A stretch of 64,000 nucleotides of DNA, from positions 8,177 to 72,176 of the forward strand of contig CAWEOJ010000002.1 in assembly GCA_963810625.1 (NCBI GenBank). Reading direction: 5' to 3'. The translations under genes were made by a program, and so were the position numbers. This document shows positions 10,486-21,171 of this stretch, one piece after another (the first letter of the stretch is position 1; each line of letters begins with the position of its first letter). Origin of the DNA: an uncultured Acidobacteriota bacterium (GTDB taxonomy: Bacteria; Acidobacteriota; Terriglobia; Acidiferrales; UBA7541). Under the pieces are notes generated by a model. It was given only the letters and a program-made list of their open reading frames with translations, searched no databases and was not told the DNA's origin.

Positions 10486-11653
10486 TCAGTAGAGGTGGAA
10501 ACCAACCTCGATCAATTGCCGCACAGCCGCGGGCTTGCCGTCCGGGCCTCGTGCCGGCGTGAAACGCCAGGTGCGAACCGCTTCAATGGCCTTTTCGTCC
10601 AAGCCGAGTCCCACAGCCTTCACCACCTGAATGTCTATCGCGCGGCCATCCGTCGTGATCACCGCCACGAGCTCAACCACGCCCTGGTACTTGGCCTTCA
10701 CAGCTTCATCCGAGAATTGCGGCTCCGGACAATAGAGGCACGCGGGAACACCGTATCCGCCGGTCCCCGCGTTGAAGACGCCGCCGCCGGTCCCTCCGCC
10801 TTCGCCATTGCCGAGGCCGCCGCCGGTGCCATTGCCGATGCCCGTGCCGCGTCCCTGGCCGTTCGAATCATTCATTGTTTTGCCGAGCGGGTCGCCCCAG
10901 TTGGGCAGATTCGGATTGGGCAGAACCATCGCGGGGTTGCCGATAAGCGTGGGCGTCATGGGATATTTGGGATTCACTGGCGTCTTCACTTCCGGCTTGG
11001 CATATTGCGTCCAATCGAATTTTGGCGCGCGGCCGCGGCTCGCCGGCAGCGGGTTGTGCTCGCCTCCGCCGCCACCCTGGGCTAACTTCGCGCCGGCTGG
11101 CAGCTTCGGCATATAAGGCGCAATGAGCATAACATCCGCGTTGCTATTGGCCTTCGTCGTTCCCGGCGACAATACCCCCGGCAGCAGCGGCACGATGATC
11201 AGCACGAGAATCAGCACGTGGACCGCAACCGAAAGCGCCTGCACGCGCGTAAATTGCGTGTCCTTCGTCCAGATTTCCGGCACGGGAATCGGCTGGCTCG
11301 ACACCTTGAGCGGCGGCAACTTCCGCGGGAAAAACGTATCGCGCAGGTTTCGCCACAGTCCGCCTTCCGTGCTTCCAGTCTATGAGCAGGCTGGAATTCA
11401 CGGCGCCGCGCGGCGAAGGACGGAAAAATTCCCGGAAATTGTCGCCCAGCGAAGCCCCAAATTGAGGCATGGCAAAGCTTTCCGGCTGGCCGCGCCGAAT
11501 CTTCACGGGGCGCTCGGAGAGGAAGTCCCTCAGGTTTGAAAGGAAGCTCTTCAGATGGGAATCATGCGCAGGCGAGCGCAAACGCCCCAGCCGGAGCGTA
11601 GGCTCCGTCGTCGAGCGCCCTGCTTCATCCAGTATGGAGCTAAAATCCGGCAT
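10486..11653 (-). pseudogene. TonB-family energy transducer, reading frame broken once (+1 at about 11378-11389)
   Basis: The N-terminal part (MPDFSSILDE...FFRPSPRGAVNSSLLIDWK, frame of ORF 11144..11689) continues in the frame of ORF 10486..11319 (EGGLWRNLRDTFFPRKLPPLKVSSQPIPVPEIW + TM + Gly-rich linker + TonB C-terminal domain). A TAG in the second frame at 11390-11392 bounds the shift. Confidence 0.75.
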
Positions 11654-11737
11654 ACGGCTTATGGGCTCCCCCGCCGCGCTTCCACTCAAAGGTTAGACGC
11701 ACCATCGGAAGAAAGGATGTCCACGGCCAGTAGCGTC

Positions 11738-12388
11738 TCAATTTGAAATTCCCGGCTCAACGGATGCAGCCATAATTTCCGCTACTGCCTTTTCAGGCTC
11801 GCTGCCTTCTCGGCTTAACCCTTCCAGCACGCCCGCCAAATCCTGTTCTGGGCGGTTCTGGCTCATCTTCCATTTTCCTTCGAGCCGAGTGATGGCCAAT
11901 TTGAACCCCACAATGTGGCCCAACATTTTATCGATATAATCCGGCGGAGCATCGGTGATCGCCCATGGGGCAGCACGCGACGCTTCATGAGCATCCGTCA
12001 ATTTGGTGACATGCTCACGCAATCGCGCTGGATCGTCGAAAAAGACGATCTCCCCATAAGCGTGAACGGAGAGATAATTCCAAGTGGGCACCACTTTGCC
12101 TGTCTCTCTCTTGGTCGGATACCATGAGGGCGTGATGTAGACGTTCGGCCCCAGAAAAATCGCGAGCGCTTGAACGCCTGCCTGCACATTTTTCCACTGC
12201 GTATTCGCGCGGGCCACATGTCCATGCAGCGTTCCGAGCGGCGCGGGTTCCTGGTACACCAGCATGGGCAGGTGGCTCGCCTCTAAACCATCCTTACCGG
12301 CTGTCACGAGCGTGCCGAAACCAAGCTGCCGTATGGCCTGATGCAAGACCGGAACACGCTCTTCCCTAAAATGTTGTGGAATATACAT
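11738..12388 (-). CDS. FMN-binding negative transcriptional regulator, PaiB family
   Basis: Start at MYIPQHFREE (CAT 12386-12388), the typical PaiB N-terminus and length. Confidence 0.75.
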   Translation of the reverse strand: MYIPQHFREERVPVLHQAIRQLGFGTLVTAGKDGLEASHLPMLVYQEPAPLGTLHGHVARANTQWKNVQAGVQALAIFLGPNVYITPSWYPTKRETGKVVPTWNYLSVHAYGEIVFFDDPARLREHVTKLTDAHEASRAAPWAITDAPPDYIDKMLGHIVGFKLAITRLEGKWKMSQNRPEQDLAGVLEGLSREGSEPEKAVAEIMAASVEPGISN

Positions 12389-12582
12389 CAATACCCTCCC
12401 ACACATGCCATGCAAAGGCATTGGATGCCCGGCACACGAATGTTCGCAATTCAAATTGAGACACTACCTTGCAGCCCGCATGGCTGACAGGCCTGGGAAA
12501 ACATTGTAACATACGGGTCGCTCCCGATTTTCCGCGTTTCCGCGGCTCGCGCCTGTAGAAAGGGTTTTCTGAATCCTTCGAG

Positions 12583-15446
12583 ATGGCGAAATCCTTCGAC
12601 CTGAAAAGCACGCTAAATCTCCCCAAAACCGATTTTCCCATGAAGGCGCGGTTGCCCGAGCGGGAACCCGAGCAACTGGCCGCGTGGGACGCCATGCGGC
12701 TATACGACCGCATCCTCGAATCCCGCGCCGGCGCGCCGCTGTTTGTCCTTCACGACGGGCCGCCCTATCCCACCGGCGAAATCCATCTGGGCACGGGGCT
12801 CAACAAAATCCTGAAGGACATGATCGTGAAGTCGAAGACCATGGCCGGCTTCCGCTCGCCCTACGTCCCCGGCTGGGATTGCCACGGCCTGCCCATCGAA
12901 ACGCAGGTGGAAAAGGAGCTGGGCGGGAAGACCAGCAAGGTTGCGCCCGCGGAATTTCGGCGCATGTGCCGCGAATTCGCAGCGCGCTATGTGGAAGCCC
13001 ACAAGCGCGAGTTCAAGCGCCTGGGCGTCTTCGGCCGCTGGGAAAAGCCCTACCTCACCATGGACCCGCACGATGAAGCCTCCATCGCCGGCGCGTTCCT
13101 CGATTTCTTCGAAAAGGGCTACGTCTACCGAGGGCTCAAGCCCGTCTATTGGTGCATCTGCGACCACACCGCTCTTGCCGAAGCCGAAGTCGAATACGAG
13201 GACCACACAAGCCCCTCGATTTGGGTGAGGTTTCCCGTGGTCGCCGACGAGAAATCGTCGAAGATGCTCGCGAGCGGCGTGAGCGCGCTCGTCTGGACTA
13301 CCACTCCGTGGACGCTTCCGGCGAACCGCGCCCTCGCATTTCACCCCGATTTCGAATATGTCGTCGCGGAAACCTCGGCGGGAAAGCTGGTGCTCGCAAA
13401 GGAGCGCCTCGCCGCTATCACCTCGGAACTCAAGCTCGAAGTCAGCGGCACGCACGGCTCGTGGCAGGGAAAAGAACTCGGGGGTCTTCAGTTCCAGCAC
13501 CCGTTTCTCGATCGGCGCGTGCCCGGCGTGCTGGCCGACTACGTCACGCTCGATCAGGGCAGCGGTATGGTCCACACGGCACCGGGCCACGGCGCGGACG
13601 ATTTCCGCACCGGCCAGAATTATGGCCTGGAGACCTACGCACCTATTAATGATGAAGGCCGCTTCACGGTGGGTCCGCCCGAATACAAAGGCAAGACAGT
13701 CTGGGAAGCGAATCCTGCCATCATCGATCTGCTCAGGATGCGAGGCGCGCTACTCGCCGAGCAGAAAATCACGCACAGCTATCCGCACTGCTGGCGCTGC
13801 CATAATCCTGTGATTTTCCGCGCCACCGAACAGTGGTTCATCCAAATGGACTCGGGATCGGGCACGATTCCAGCGCCGAACGGGCCGCCGCTGCGCAGCC
13901 GCGCACTCGAGGAAATCGAGAGGGTGAAATGGCTGCCGGCCTGGGGACACGAGCGCATGCGCGAGATGGTCGGCGGCCGTCCCGATTGGACTATATCCAG
14001 GCAGCGCTTCTGGGGCGTGCCCATCGTCGTCTTCTATTGCGACGCGTGCGGCGGCGTGCTCCGCGATTTTCAAGCCTTGCGCCACGTGCTGCCGTTTTTC
14101 GAGCGCGAAGGCGCCGACGCGTGGTACACGCACTCCGCTTCAGAGCTTCTTCCGCCGGGAACGAAATGTTCTTGCGGCGCGTCGAAGTGGAGAAAGGAAT
14201 CCGATATTCTGGACGTGTGGTTCGATTCCGGCTCGACGCACCTCGCCGTGCTCACCGCGAGCAACGGCCTCAAATGGCCCGCGGATGTTTACCTCGAAGG
14301 CCCCGACCAATTCCGCGGCTGGTTCCAGAGTTCGCTGCTCATCGGCGTGGGCACGCGCGGCCGCGCGCCATACGAGCAAGTCGTCACCCACGGCTGGACG
14401 CTCGATGAAAAGGGCGCGCCGATGTCGAAATCGCTCGGCAACGCCATGTACCCCAAGGAAATTTGCGAGAAATGGGGCGCGGATTTGCTGCGCGTCTGGG
14501 TCGCTTCGCAGGACTACACCGCCGACATGCGCATGTCCGACGCGATGATGGTCCAGCTCGCCGAGGCCTATCGCAAAATCCGCAATACCTTCCGCTTCGC
14601 GCTTTCGAATCTTTTCGAGTTCGATCCCGCGCGCGATTCCGTTCCCGATGCCGAGCTATGGGAAATAGACGCCTGGATGCTTCGCCGCACGGGTTCGCTC
14701 GTCCGCCAATGCGCCGCGTGGTACGAGAATTTCGAATTTCATCGCGCCTACCATGCCATCAGCGATTTCTGCACCGTGGACTTGAGCGCGTTTTATTTCG
14801 ATGTGCTGAAAGATCGCTTCTACACTTTCGCGCCGAAAAATATCGGCCGCCGCTCGGCGCAAACGGCCGTCTATCGCATCGCCGGCGCGCTCGTTCGCCT
14901 CATCGCGCCTATCCTCGTCTTCACCGCCGAGGAAGTGTGGAAATATTTGCCGCGCAGCTGCGGGTGGCCCCGAAAGCGTCCACATGGCTTCCTTCCCCGC
15001 CGCGGGAGAGCTCGAAAGCACAATGGACGACGCCCGCGCGAAAAACTGGGATCGCCTTCTCGCTGTCCGTGAGGAAGTTTTAAAAGCGCTCGAGCCGCTG
15101 CGTGCCGCCAAGACCATTTCGGCGAATCTGGAAGCCCGCGTCACTCTCAGCGCATTGGGCGAACTCGGAACCTTGCTCCAGAAATATGCCAAGGATCTTC
15201 CCGGCGCTCTTCATCGTTTCGCAGGTCGAAGTCGAAAGGGAAAAAATTCCGCCCGATGGCGCTAAGCCGGGCGAGTTGCAGGTTCGCGCCGAGCGCGCGC
15301 ACGGCGCGAAATGCGAGCGCTGCTGGAATTATTCGATACACGTGGGCGAAAGCGCGGACTATCCTTTACTCTGCGAGCGCTGCCTCGCCGCGCTCGCGGA
15401 AATCGAGCGCGACGGCGGCAATCGCGCCGGGAGCGCCGCGTCATGA
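12583..15446 (+). pseudogene. ileS: isoleucine--tRNA ligase, frame broken twice (+1 at ~14953 and ~15203); probably intact in vivo
   Basis: Has PYPTGEIHLGT (HIGH) and PMSKS (KMSKS) motifs. The sequence continues seamlessly across three frames: ...EEVWKYLP|AAAGGPESVHMASFP...KDLP|ALFIVSQVEVEREK...CERCWNY...CERC (C-terminal Zn finger). Confidence 0.9.
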
Positions 15447-15955
15447 CGGCTCCCGCGCCGCATCCGCACTGGCCCACGCTGGCTCTTCTGGCCGCGGCCG
15501 TGGTCGCGGTGGATCAGGCCACTAAATATGCCGTGGAGAATTTCACTCCCGTCGGATCGTCGCGCGTCCTGATTCCCGGCGTATTGAATCTGGCGCACAC
15601 CAGCAATCCCGGCGTGGCCTTCGGCCTGCTCGCGGATTCGCGAACGCCCGGCCTGGCCCAACTGCTGATTCTTTTTTCTGTCTCCGTGATCGCTCTGCTG
15701 GCATGGCTTCTGGTCACGGGCCGCGCCGGAGGCTGGCTGGGCGAGTGCGGCCTGGCGCTGATCCTGGGCGGCGCGGCGGGCAACGTCCTCGACCGCGCGC
15801 TGCGCCACAGCGTCACAGACTTCATAGATTTTCACCTCGGCAGCCACCACTGGTACACTTTTAATTTCGCCGATTCGGCCATTGTCGTGGGCGCCGGCCT
15901 GGTAATCCTGCAACTGCTGCGCGACGCGCGGCATCCCATGAGGGAGCGTGCCTGA
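15443..15955 (+). CDS. lspA: signal peptidase II (lipoprotein signal peptidase)
   Basis: Start at MTAPAPHPHW overlaps the ileS stop (ATGA). Has GNVLDR and FNFADSAIVVG motifs. Confidence 0.85.
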   Translation: MTAPAPHPHWPTLALLAAAVVAVDQATKYAVENFTPVGSSRVLIPGVLNLAHTSNPGVAFGLLADSRTPGLAQLLILFSVSVIALLAWLLVTGRAGGWLGECGLALILGGAAGNVLDRALRHSVTDFIDFHLGSHHWYTFNFADSAIVVGAGLVILQLLRDARHPMRERA

Positions 15956-15957
15956 AG

Positions 15958-16791
15958 ATGCATCCAATCCTTTTCCATTTCGGCCCGGTGACCATTTACA
16001 CCTATGGCGTGCTGGTGGCCACGGGCGTGGTACTCACCCTGTGGTACGCGCGTCAGCATGCCTCGCGCGCCGGACTCGATCCCGACAAGGTCTGGAACGT
16101 GGGCATCTACGGGATTCTCTCCGCTCTGCTGCTGGCCAAGATTTGGCTTATCGCCAGCGAGTGGAGCTATTTCGCCGAGCAATCCGCGCGAAATTTTCTC
16201 GAGCGCCACGCTCGAGTCCGGCGGAACGTTTTACGGCGGACTCCTCGGCGCGATCCTGGCCATTCTTCCTCTACGCTTATTTTCAGAAGATGCCCGTGCT
16301 GCGGCTGATGGACGTTTACGCCGCCGCATTCCCCCTCGGACATGCCATCGGGCGCCTGGGATGTTTCGCGGCCGGCTGCTGCTACGGCAAGCCCACGACG
16401 CTTCCGTGGGGCGTCACGTTCACCAGCGAAGCGGCCGCGCGCATTTCCGGCACTCCGCTCGGCACGCCGCTCCATCCCACGCAACTCTACGAGTCCGCCG
16501 CCGAGTTTCATGAATTTTCTTCTCCTGATTTTGCTGGGCAGGCGCCAGCGCTTCACGGGACAAATCACGGGCGCCTACTTGATGCTCTACGGCCTCGAGC
16601 GCGGCACAATCGAATTTTTCCGCGGCGATCCCGACCGGACATTGCTCTTTCACGGCGCAGTTTCGCTGATGCAGATCGTGAGCGTGGGATTGATCCTCGC
16701 CGGCGCATTCCTGTGGTGGCGAGGACTTCGCGGCGCCGCGCCGATTCAGCCGCCCGCCGCGCCAGCCCGCGCCGCCGCGCAGCGCTCCTGA
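15958..16791 (+). pseudogene. lgt: prolipoprotein diacylglyceryl transferase, frame broken three times (+1 at ~16180, ~16262, ~16506-16508)
   Basis: Lgt sequence passes through frames 1>2>3>1: MHPILFHFGPVTIYTYG...|NPREIFSSATLESGGTFYGGLLGAILA|FFLYAYF...HAIGRLGCFAAGCCYGKPT...HPTQLYESAAEF|MNFLLLILL... Confidence 0.85.
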
Positions 16792-16915
16792 AAATTTGTC
16801 CATCCCTGGCGCCGGCGCATTCGGAATCAGTTTCCGATTGCCGCGTTTACCAGGCAAAGGTAAATGGAATCCTAGATTCGCTAAGGCTTTGGGTCATGAA
16901 ACATGTTCTGGACCT

Positions 16916-17635
16916 ATGGTGTCTAACCCATTGATGCCGTCACGACCCATTCTTCTAGTATTTGTAACGACCATTGCGCTCGGGCTCCTCGTAAGTCCTC
17001 TGGCAAGAGGCCAGGATCCCGGCCTGGTGCTACTGCACAAAATGCAAGAGGCACTTGGGGGCGCGGACAAAATCGCTGCCATACGCGACCTGGACTGGAC
17101 CATCAAAGCGCATACTTTCGATCGCGAGGGAAAACCGATCGGAGAGGTGACGAAGCGGACGCGCTGGATCAGGCCGAATTATCTTCGCCTGGATCAGATA
17201 GGTCCGGGCGACACGTATGTTTTGTACTTCGACGGGAAACAGGGTTGGGAAATCGTTCCCGACAAGGGCGAATTGGATCTTGCCGGGGGCGAACTGGAGT
17301 TTGCGCAGACGTACCTTCGCGGATTCATGTTGAATCTGTGGGTGGCCGATCGCACGGAAGGTTCCACAATCACTTCTCCCGCTGCGAACGTAATCCGCAT
17401 TTCATCGAATGGGAAAAACACTGACATTACGCTCGATCCCGCCACATGCTTGCCTGCGCAGATACTCGAATGGATGGACGTTCAAGGCGTGCGTTTCCCT
17501 GCCAGATTTAAGAATTCGCACAAGGACGTTGGCTCGGCCGACGTCAGGACCCAGAAAGTAGTGTTTAACAGCGGTCTCAAACCTCGCGACCTTGCCGCCA
17601 AGCCGGACGACCTGAAGCCTAAATTGGATCATTAG
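16916..17635 (+). CDS. secreted hypothetical protein (LolA-like fold possible)
   Basis: Start taken at MVSNPLMPSRPILLVFVTTIALGLLVSPLARGQ (signal peptide); start is uncertain (alternative 16934). Confidence 0.6.
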   Translation: MVSNPLMPSRPILLVFVTTIALGLLVSPLARGQDPGLVLLHKMQEALGGADKIAAIRDLDWTIKAHTFDREGKPIGEVTKRTRWIRPNYLRLDQIGPGDTYVLYFDGKQGWEIVPDKGELDLAGGELEFAQTYLRGFMLNLWVADRTEGSTITSPAANVIRISSNGKNTDITLDPATCLPAQILEWMDVQGVRFPARFKNSHKDVGSADVRTQKVVFNSGLKPRDLAAKPDDLKPKLDH

Positions 17636-17747
17636 AGCAAGCTAGATGTTCCGACCTATTGAACGTTGATAAATTCTGATGCAGCCGGCTATTCGCCTTG
17701 ATAGCGGCGAGCTAACTCCTGGAAAGTTGGATTACCGGAAACTGATG

Positions 17748-18782
17748 ACGCACCACTCGGAATCGCGGCTCACTGTGAATACCACGCCTCCACGGATAGA
17801 TTTCACGATCGCAGCCGAAAGCGCTGGGCAGCGCCTGGACCGCTTCCTGGCCTCGCAGCTTCCGGAGATGAGCCGCACGCGCATCCATGCGCTCATGGAC
17901 GCGGGCCGCGTGCTCGTGAATGGCGCCGCGCGCAAACCTTCGTATCGCGTCGCGCCGGGCGAGACGGTCGCGGTCGAGATTCCTCCCGCGCCGCCCGCGG
18001 GCGTCGAAGCCGAAGCCATTCCGCTCGAAGTCCTATATGAGGATGACGATCTCGCCGTCGTCAACAAGCCTGCCGGCATGATCGTCCATCCGGGCGCCGG
18101 AGCGGACTCCGGCACGCTGGTTGCCGCGCTTCTGCACCATTTCGGCGGAGCGGAAAAACTTTCTTCCATCGGCGCGCCCATGCGTCCCGGGATTGTCCAT
18201 CGCCTCGACAAGGGAACTTCCGGCGCGCTCGTGGTGGCGCGCACGGACGCGGCGCACCGTGCGCTGGCCGAGGCGTTTCGCGGCCGCCTCGTCGAAAAAA
18301 CCTATCTTGCGCTTCTGCACGGACGCCCCAAGGGCGAGGCGGGCTCGATCGAACTTCCCGTCGCGCGCGATCTTCGCCGCCGTTCCCGCATGACCGCGCG
18401 CCGCCGCGAGGGCCGCGAAGCCCGTACGACGTGGCGCGCTCTTTTGCGCCTCGGCGGCTTCACGCTGGTCGAAGCGGACCTGCACACCGGAAGGACGCAC
18501 CAGATTCGCGTGCACTTTTCGGCGCTGGGCTGTCCCGTGGCGGGCGACACGCTCTACGGCGCGCCGCGCCAGGAGCGCGCCGGAGAGGGAAAACTTCTTC
18601 CGCCGCTCGGCAGGAATTTTCTTCATGCCGCGCGCCTGGCCTTCGCTCATCCACGCACCGGCGAGCGCGTCGAGATTCGCGCTCCGCTCCCCGCCGAGCT
18701 GGCCGATTACCTGCGCCTCGTGGGCCGCGCGACGAACACCGATTCCCATTTGATTGACGCTGCCTTGCGGGAGTTCCTATAA
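17748..18782 (+). CDS. rluD: RluA/RluD-family 23S rRNA pseudouridine synthase with S4 domain
   Basis: QRLDRFLASQL (S4 domain), HRLDKGTSGALVVA catalytic motif, GRTHQIRVH. Confidence 0.8.
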   Translation, partial: THHSESRLTVNTTPPRIDFTIAAESAGQRLDRFLASQLPEMSRTRIHALMDAGRVLVNGAARKPSYRVAPGETVAVEIPPAPPAGVEAEAIPLEVLYEDDDLAVVNKPAGMIVHPGAGADSGTLVAALLHHFGGAEKLSSIGAPMRPGIVHRLDKGTSGALVVARTDAAHRALAEAFRGRLVEKTYLALLHGRPKGEAGSIELPVARDLRRRSRMTARRREGREARTTWRALLRLGGFTLVEADLHTGRTHQIRVHFSALGCPVAGDTLYGAPRQERAGEGKLLPPLGRNFLHAARLAFAHPRTGERVEIRAPLPAELADYLRLVGRATNTDSHLIDAALREFL

Positions 18783-18790
18783 TCGCTCTC

Positions 18791-19855
18791 GTGAAACGCG
18801 TGCGCGCTCTTCTCGCCCCGGCCATCCTATTCGCAATCCTGGCAGTCGCCACGCAGCCGCGGGAGTCCCAATCCGCCCCGCCTGCAGCGCCTCCCGCCGC
18901 CGCGCCAGCATCCACCGAACCGCAGGGCGCCGCGCCGCAGGCACAACCGCCCGCGCAGCAGGCGCCCTCCATCTCCGTCACCACGCGGCTCGTGCATCTG
19001 GTCGTCACCGTCACGGACCGCGACCACAATTTCATCACCGATCTCACGCGCTCCGATTTCACCGTCCTCGAAAATGGCGTGCCCCAGGAGATTCGCTTCT
19101 TCGGCGCGGAGACGAACCTGCCGCTGCGTATCGGCCTGCTCCTCGACACCTCCAACAGCATCCGCCCGCGCCTGAAATTCGAGCAGGACGCCGCCACGGA
19201 TTTTCTCGATCGCGTGATTCGACAGGATCAGGATATGGCCTTCGTCATGACCTTCGATAACGAACCCGAAATCGTGCAGGATTACACCGCCGATCTCTCT
19301 CTGCTCACGGTCGCCGTTCGCAATCAGCGCGCCGGCGGCGGCACGGCGCTCGATGACGCCATTTTCCAAGCGGCCGCGAAATTATCCGATCCGCCGCTCC
19401 CCAAGGGGCCCGACCCCCAAGTCCGCCGCGTGATCGTGGTCATCAGCGACGGCGACGACAACCTCAGCGATCACGCCTTGAGCGATTCCATCGAAGCGGC
19501 CATCCGCTCCGAATCCGCTATTTACGCCGTCAGCACCAGCACCGAATGGCTCGCCATTGACGACGAAAACGCGCCCAAAAAATATCATCTGACGGAAGGG
19601 GACAAAGTCCTGCAGCAATTCTCCTTGCAAACCGGCGGACGCGTCTTCTACCCCTATAAAGTGGACGACCTGGCGCAATCCTTCATGGATATCGGCGACG
19701 AACTTCGCCGCCAATATTTCATCGCCTATGCCCCGGCGATCCCGCCGTTGAAGAGCGAGTATCGTACGATCGAGGTCCGCACCGACCGCAAAGGCCTGAT
19801 CGTCCGCACGCGCAAGGGCTATTACGCCACGCCCGCGCCTTCCATTCCCAGGTAG
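18791..19855 (+). CDS. VWA domain protein (acidobacterial VWFA-related type)
   Basis: Signal peptide, Pro/Ala linker, FTVLENGVPQEI, MIDAS LLLDTSNS. Confidence 0.8.
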   Translation: MKRVRALLAPAILFAILAVATQPRESQSAPPAAPPAAAPASTEPQGAAPQAQPPAQQAPSISVTTRLVHLVVTVTDRDHNFITDLTRSDFTVLENGVPQEIRFFGAETNLPLRIGLLLDTSNSIRPRLKFEQDAATDFLDRVIRQDQDMAFVMTFDNEPEIVQDYTADLSLLTVAVRNQRAGGGTALDDAIFQAAAKLSDPPLPKGPDPQVRRVIVVISDGDDNLSDHALSDSIEAAIRSESAIYAVSTSTEWLAIDDENAPKKYHLTEGDKVLQQFSLQTGGRVFYPYKVDDLAQSFMDIGDELRRQYFIAYAPAIPPLKSEYRTIEVRTDRKGLIVRTRKGYYATPAPSIPR

Positions 19856-19921
19856 CGCCCTTCGATTTTCTTGGGTTCGTCGAGGTATTTCCGGAACGCC
19901 GAATGGAGGTGCGTCCGCCGC

Positions 19922-21022
19922 CTAGCTCACCGGCGCGTAATAGCCCTTGCGCGCCAGCACCTTCGTATCCGGCCGCTCGACTTCCACCTTGATTTTCCGG
20001 AACGTGCCGTCGCGCTTCGTGTTCGTGGGGTAGTAGCCGAGGACGTACTGCGATCGCAGCTCCTCGGAAATCTCATCGAAGGCCTTCTCGAGCGTCTTCT
20101 CGTTGTGGACGTCGATCACGCGCCCTCCCGTTTCCTCGGTCATCTTCTGGGCCACGCTCGCGCCGTCGTAACCCATTCCTACGCCGCTGAAAAAGCCCAC
20201 GTCGTTCATTAGCAGGAAGTGAATCACGGTATCGGCGCGCTGCGCGGCTTCGATGCCGTCCTTCAGGCTCAAGTGGCTGCCTTCGTCCTCCGCATCGGAC
20301 ATGATGATCAATGCCTTGCGTCCCGCTTCCGTTTCGAGTTGATCGTGGCACGCCAGATAAATGGCGTCGTAGAGGAGCGTGCCGCCCACGTTGTTATTGG
20401 GAATCGTGCCCGGAGTCACCGGCCCCAGTCCGCCCGCTGTATTGATCACCGTGCGGCGAATCGCCCGCTCCAGCACGGACGTATCCTGCGTGAAGTCCGC
20501 CAGAAGGTCCACGTCGAGGTCGAAGCTCATGACCATGGCCTCGTCCTTCGGCCGCATCACTTCCTTCAAGAATCGCACGGCCGCGTCTTGCTCGGAGCTA
20601 AGCAGCCGGTCCATGCTTCCGCTCGTGTCCATCATCATTCCCAGCGTGATGGGCAAATCCGTTTCCTTCCCGAAGTAGGCAACTTTTTGTTCCTGGCCGT
20701 CTTCATAGATTTTGAAGTCTTCCTTCTTCAGGTCGGAGATAATGGCGTTGTGCTTGTCCCGCACCGTGGCGAATACGTTCACCAGCGAGGTTTGCACCTT
20801 CAGTGTCTCCGGCGATTGGGGGATCTGCGCCGGCCCGGTGGGCGCGGGCTGCTGGTTATCCTGTGGGGTGGTTTGACCTGCCTCGCCCGCCGGCCGCGTC
20901 GGCCCAGGCCCTTGCATCGTTTGCCGCGCGGCGCCCGCCACGAGCGGCGCAGTCCCGCCCGTGCCCGCGTACGCCGCGCAAATCAAAATGATAATGACTG
21001 CCGCAAGCCTGGTCGGTCGCAT
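19922..21022 (-). CDS. VWA domain protein (paralogue 2)
   Basis: Start at MRPTRLAAVIIILICA (CAT 21020-21022). Has FKIYEDGQEQKV and MIDAS MMMDTSGS. Confidence 0.8.
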   Translation of the reverse strand: MRPTRLAAVIIILICAAYAGTGGTAPLVAGAARQTMQGPGPTRPAGEAGQTTPQDNQQPAPTGPAQIPQSPETLKVQTSLVNVFATVRDKHNAIISDLKKEDFKIYEDGQEQKVAYFGKETDLPITLGMMMDTSGSMDRLLSSEQDAAVRFLKEVMRPKDEAMVMSFDLDVDLLADFTQDTSVLERAIRRTVINTAGGLGPVTPGTIPNNNVGGTLLYDAIYLACHDQLETEAGRKALIIMSDAEDEGSHLSLKDGIEAAQRADTVIHFLLMNDVGFFSGVGMGYDGASVAQKMTEETGGRVIDVHNEKTLEKAFDEISEELRSQYVLGYYPTNTKRDGTFRKIKVEVERPDTKVLARKGYYAPVS

Positions 21023-21171
21023 TGTATAATTCTCCCGGGGAATGCTCCGGCTGGTACGATGCCGAGCATGCCCCTCCGGATGTTTGCCGGCAAGCGCCGG
21101 GCAGGAAAAGAAACGGAGAGCCTGCGCAATTGGCCTGAAGTAGAAGGCCACGCGCTCCTCCGTCGCGAACA

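Noticed and set aside
12583-16791. Programmed +1 ribosomal frameshifting in ileS and lgt
   Set aside because: There is no shared slippery or hungry-codon context at the five sites, they lie at unrelated positions, and identical +1 breaks occur in unrelated genes (tonB-like, uvrD-like, HNH). Insertion errors are the simpler explanation.
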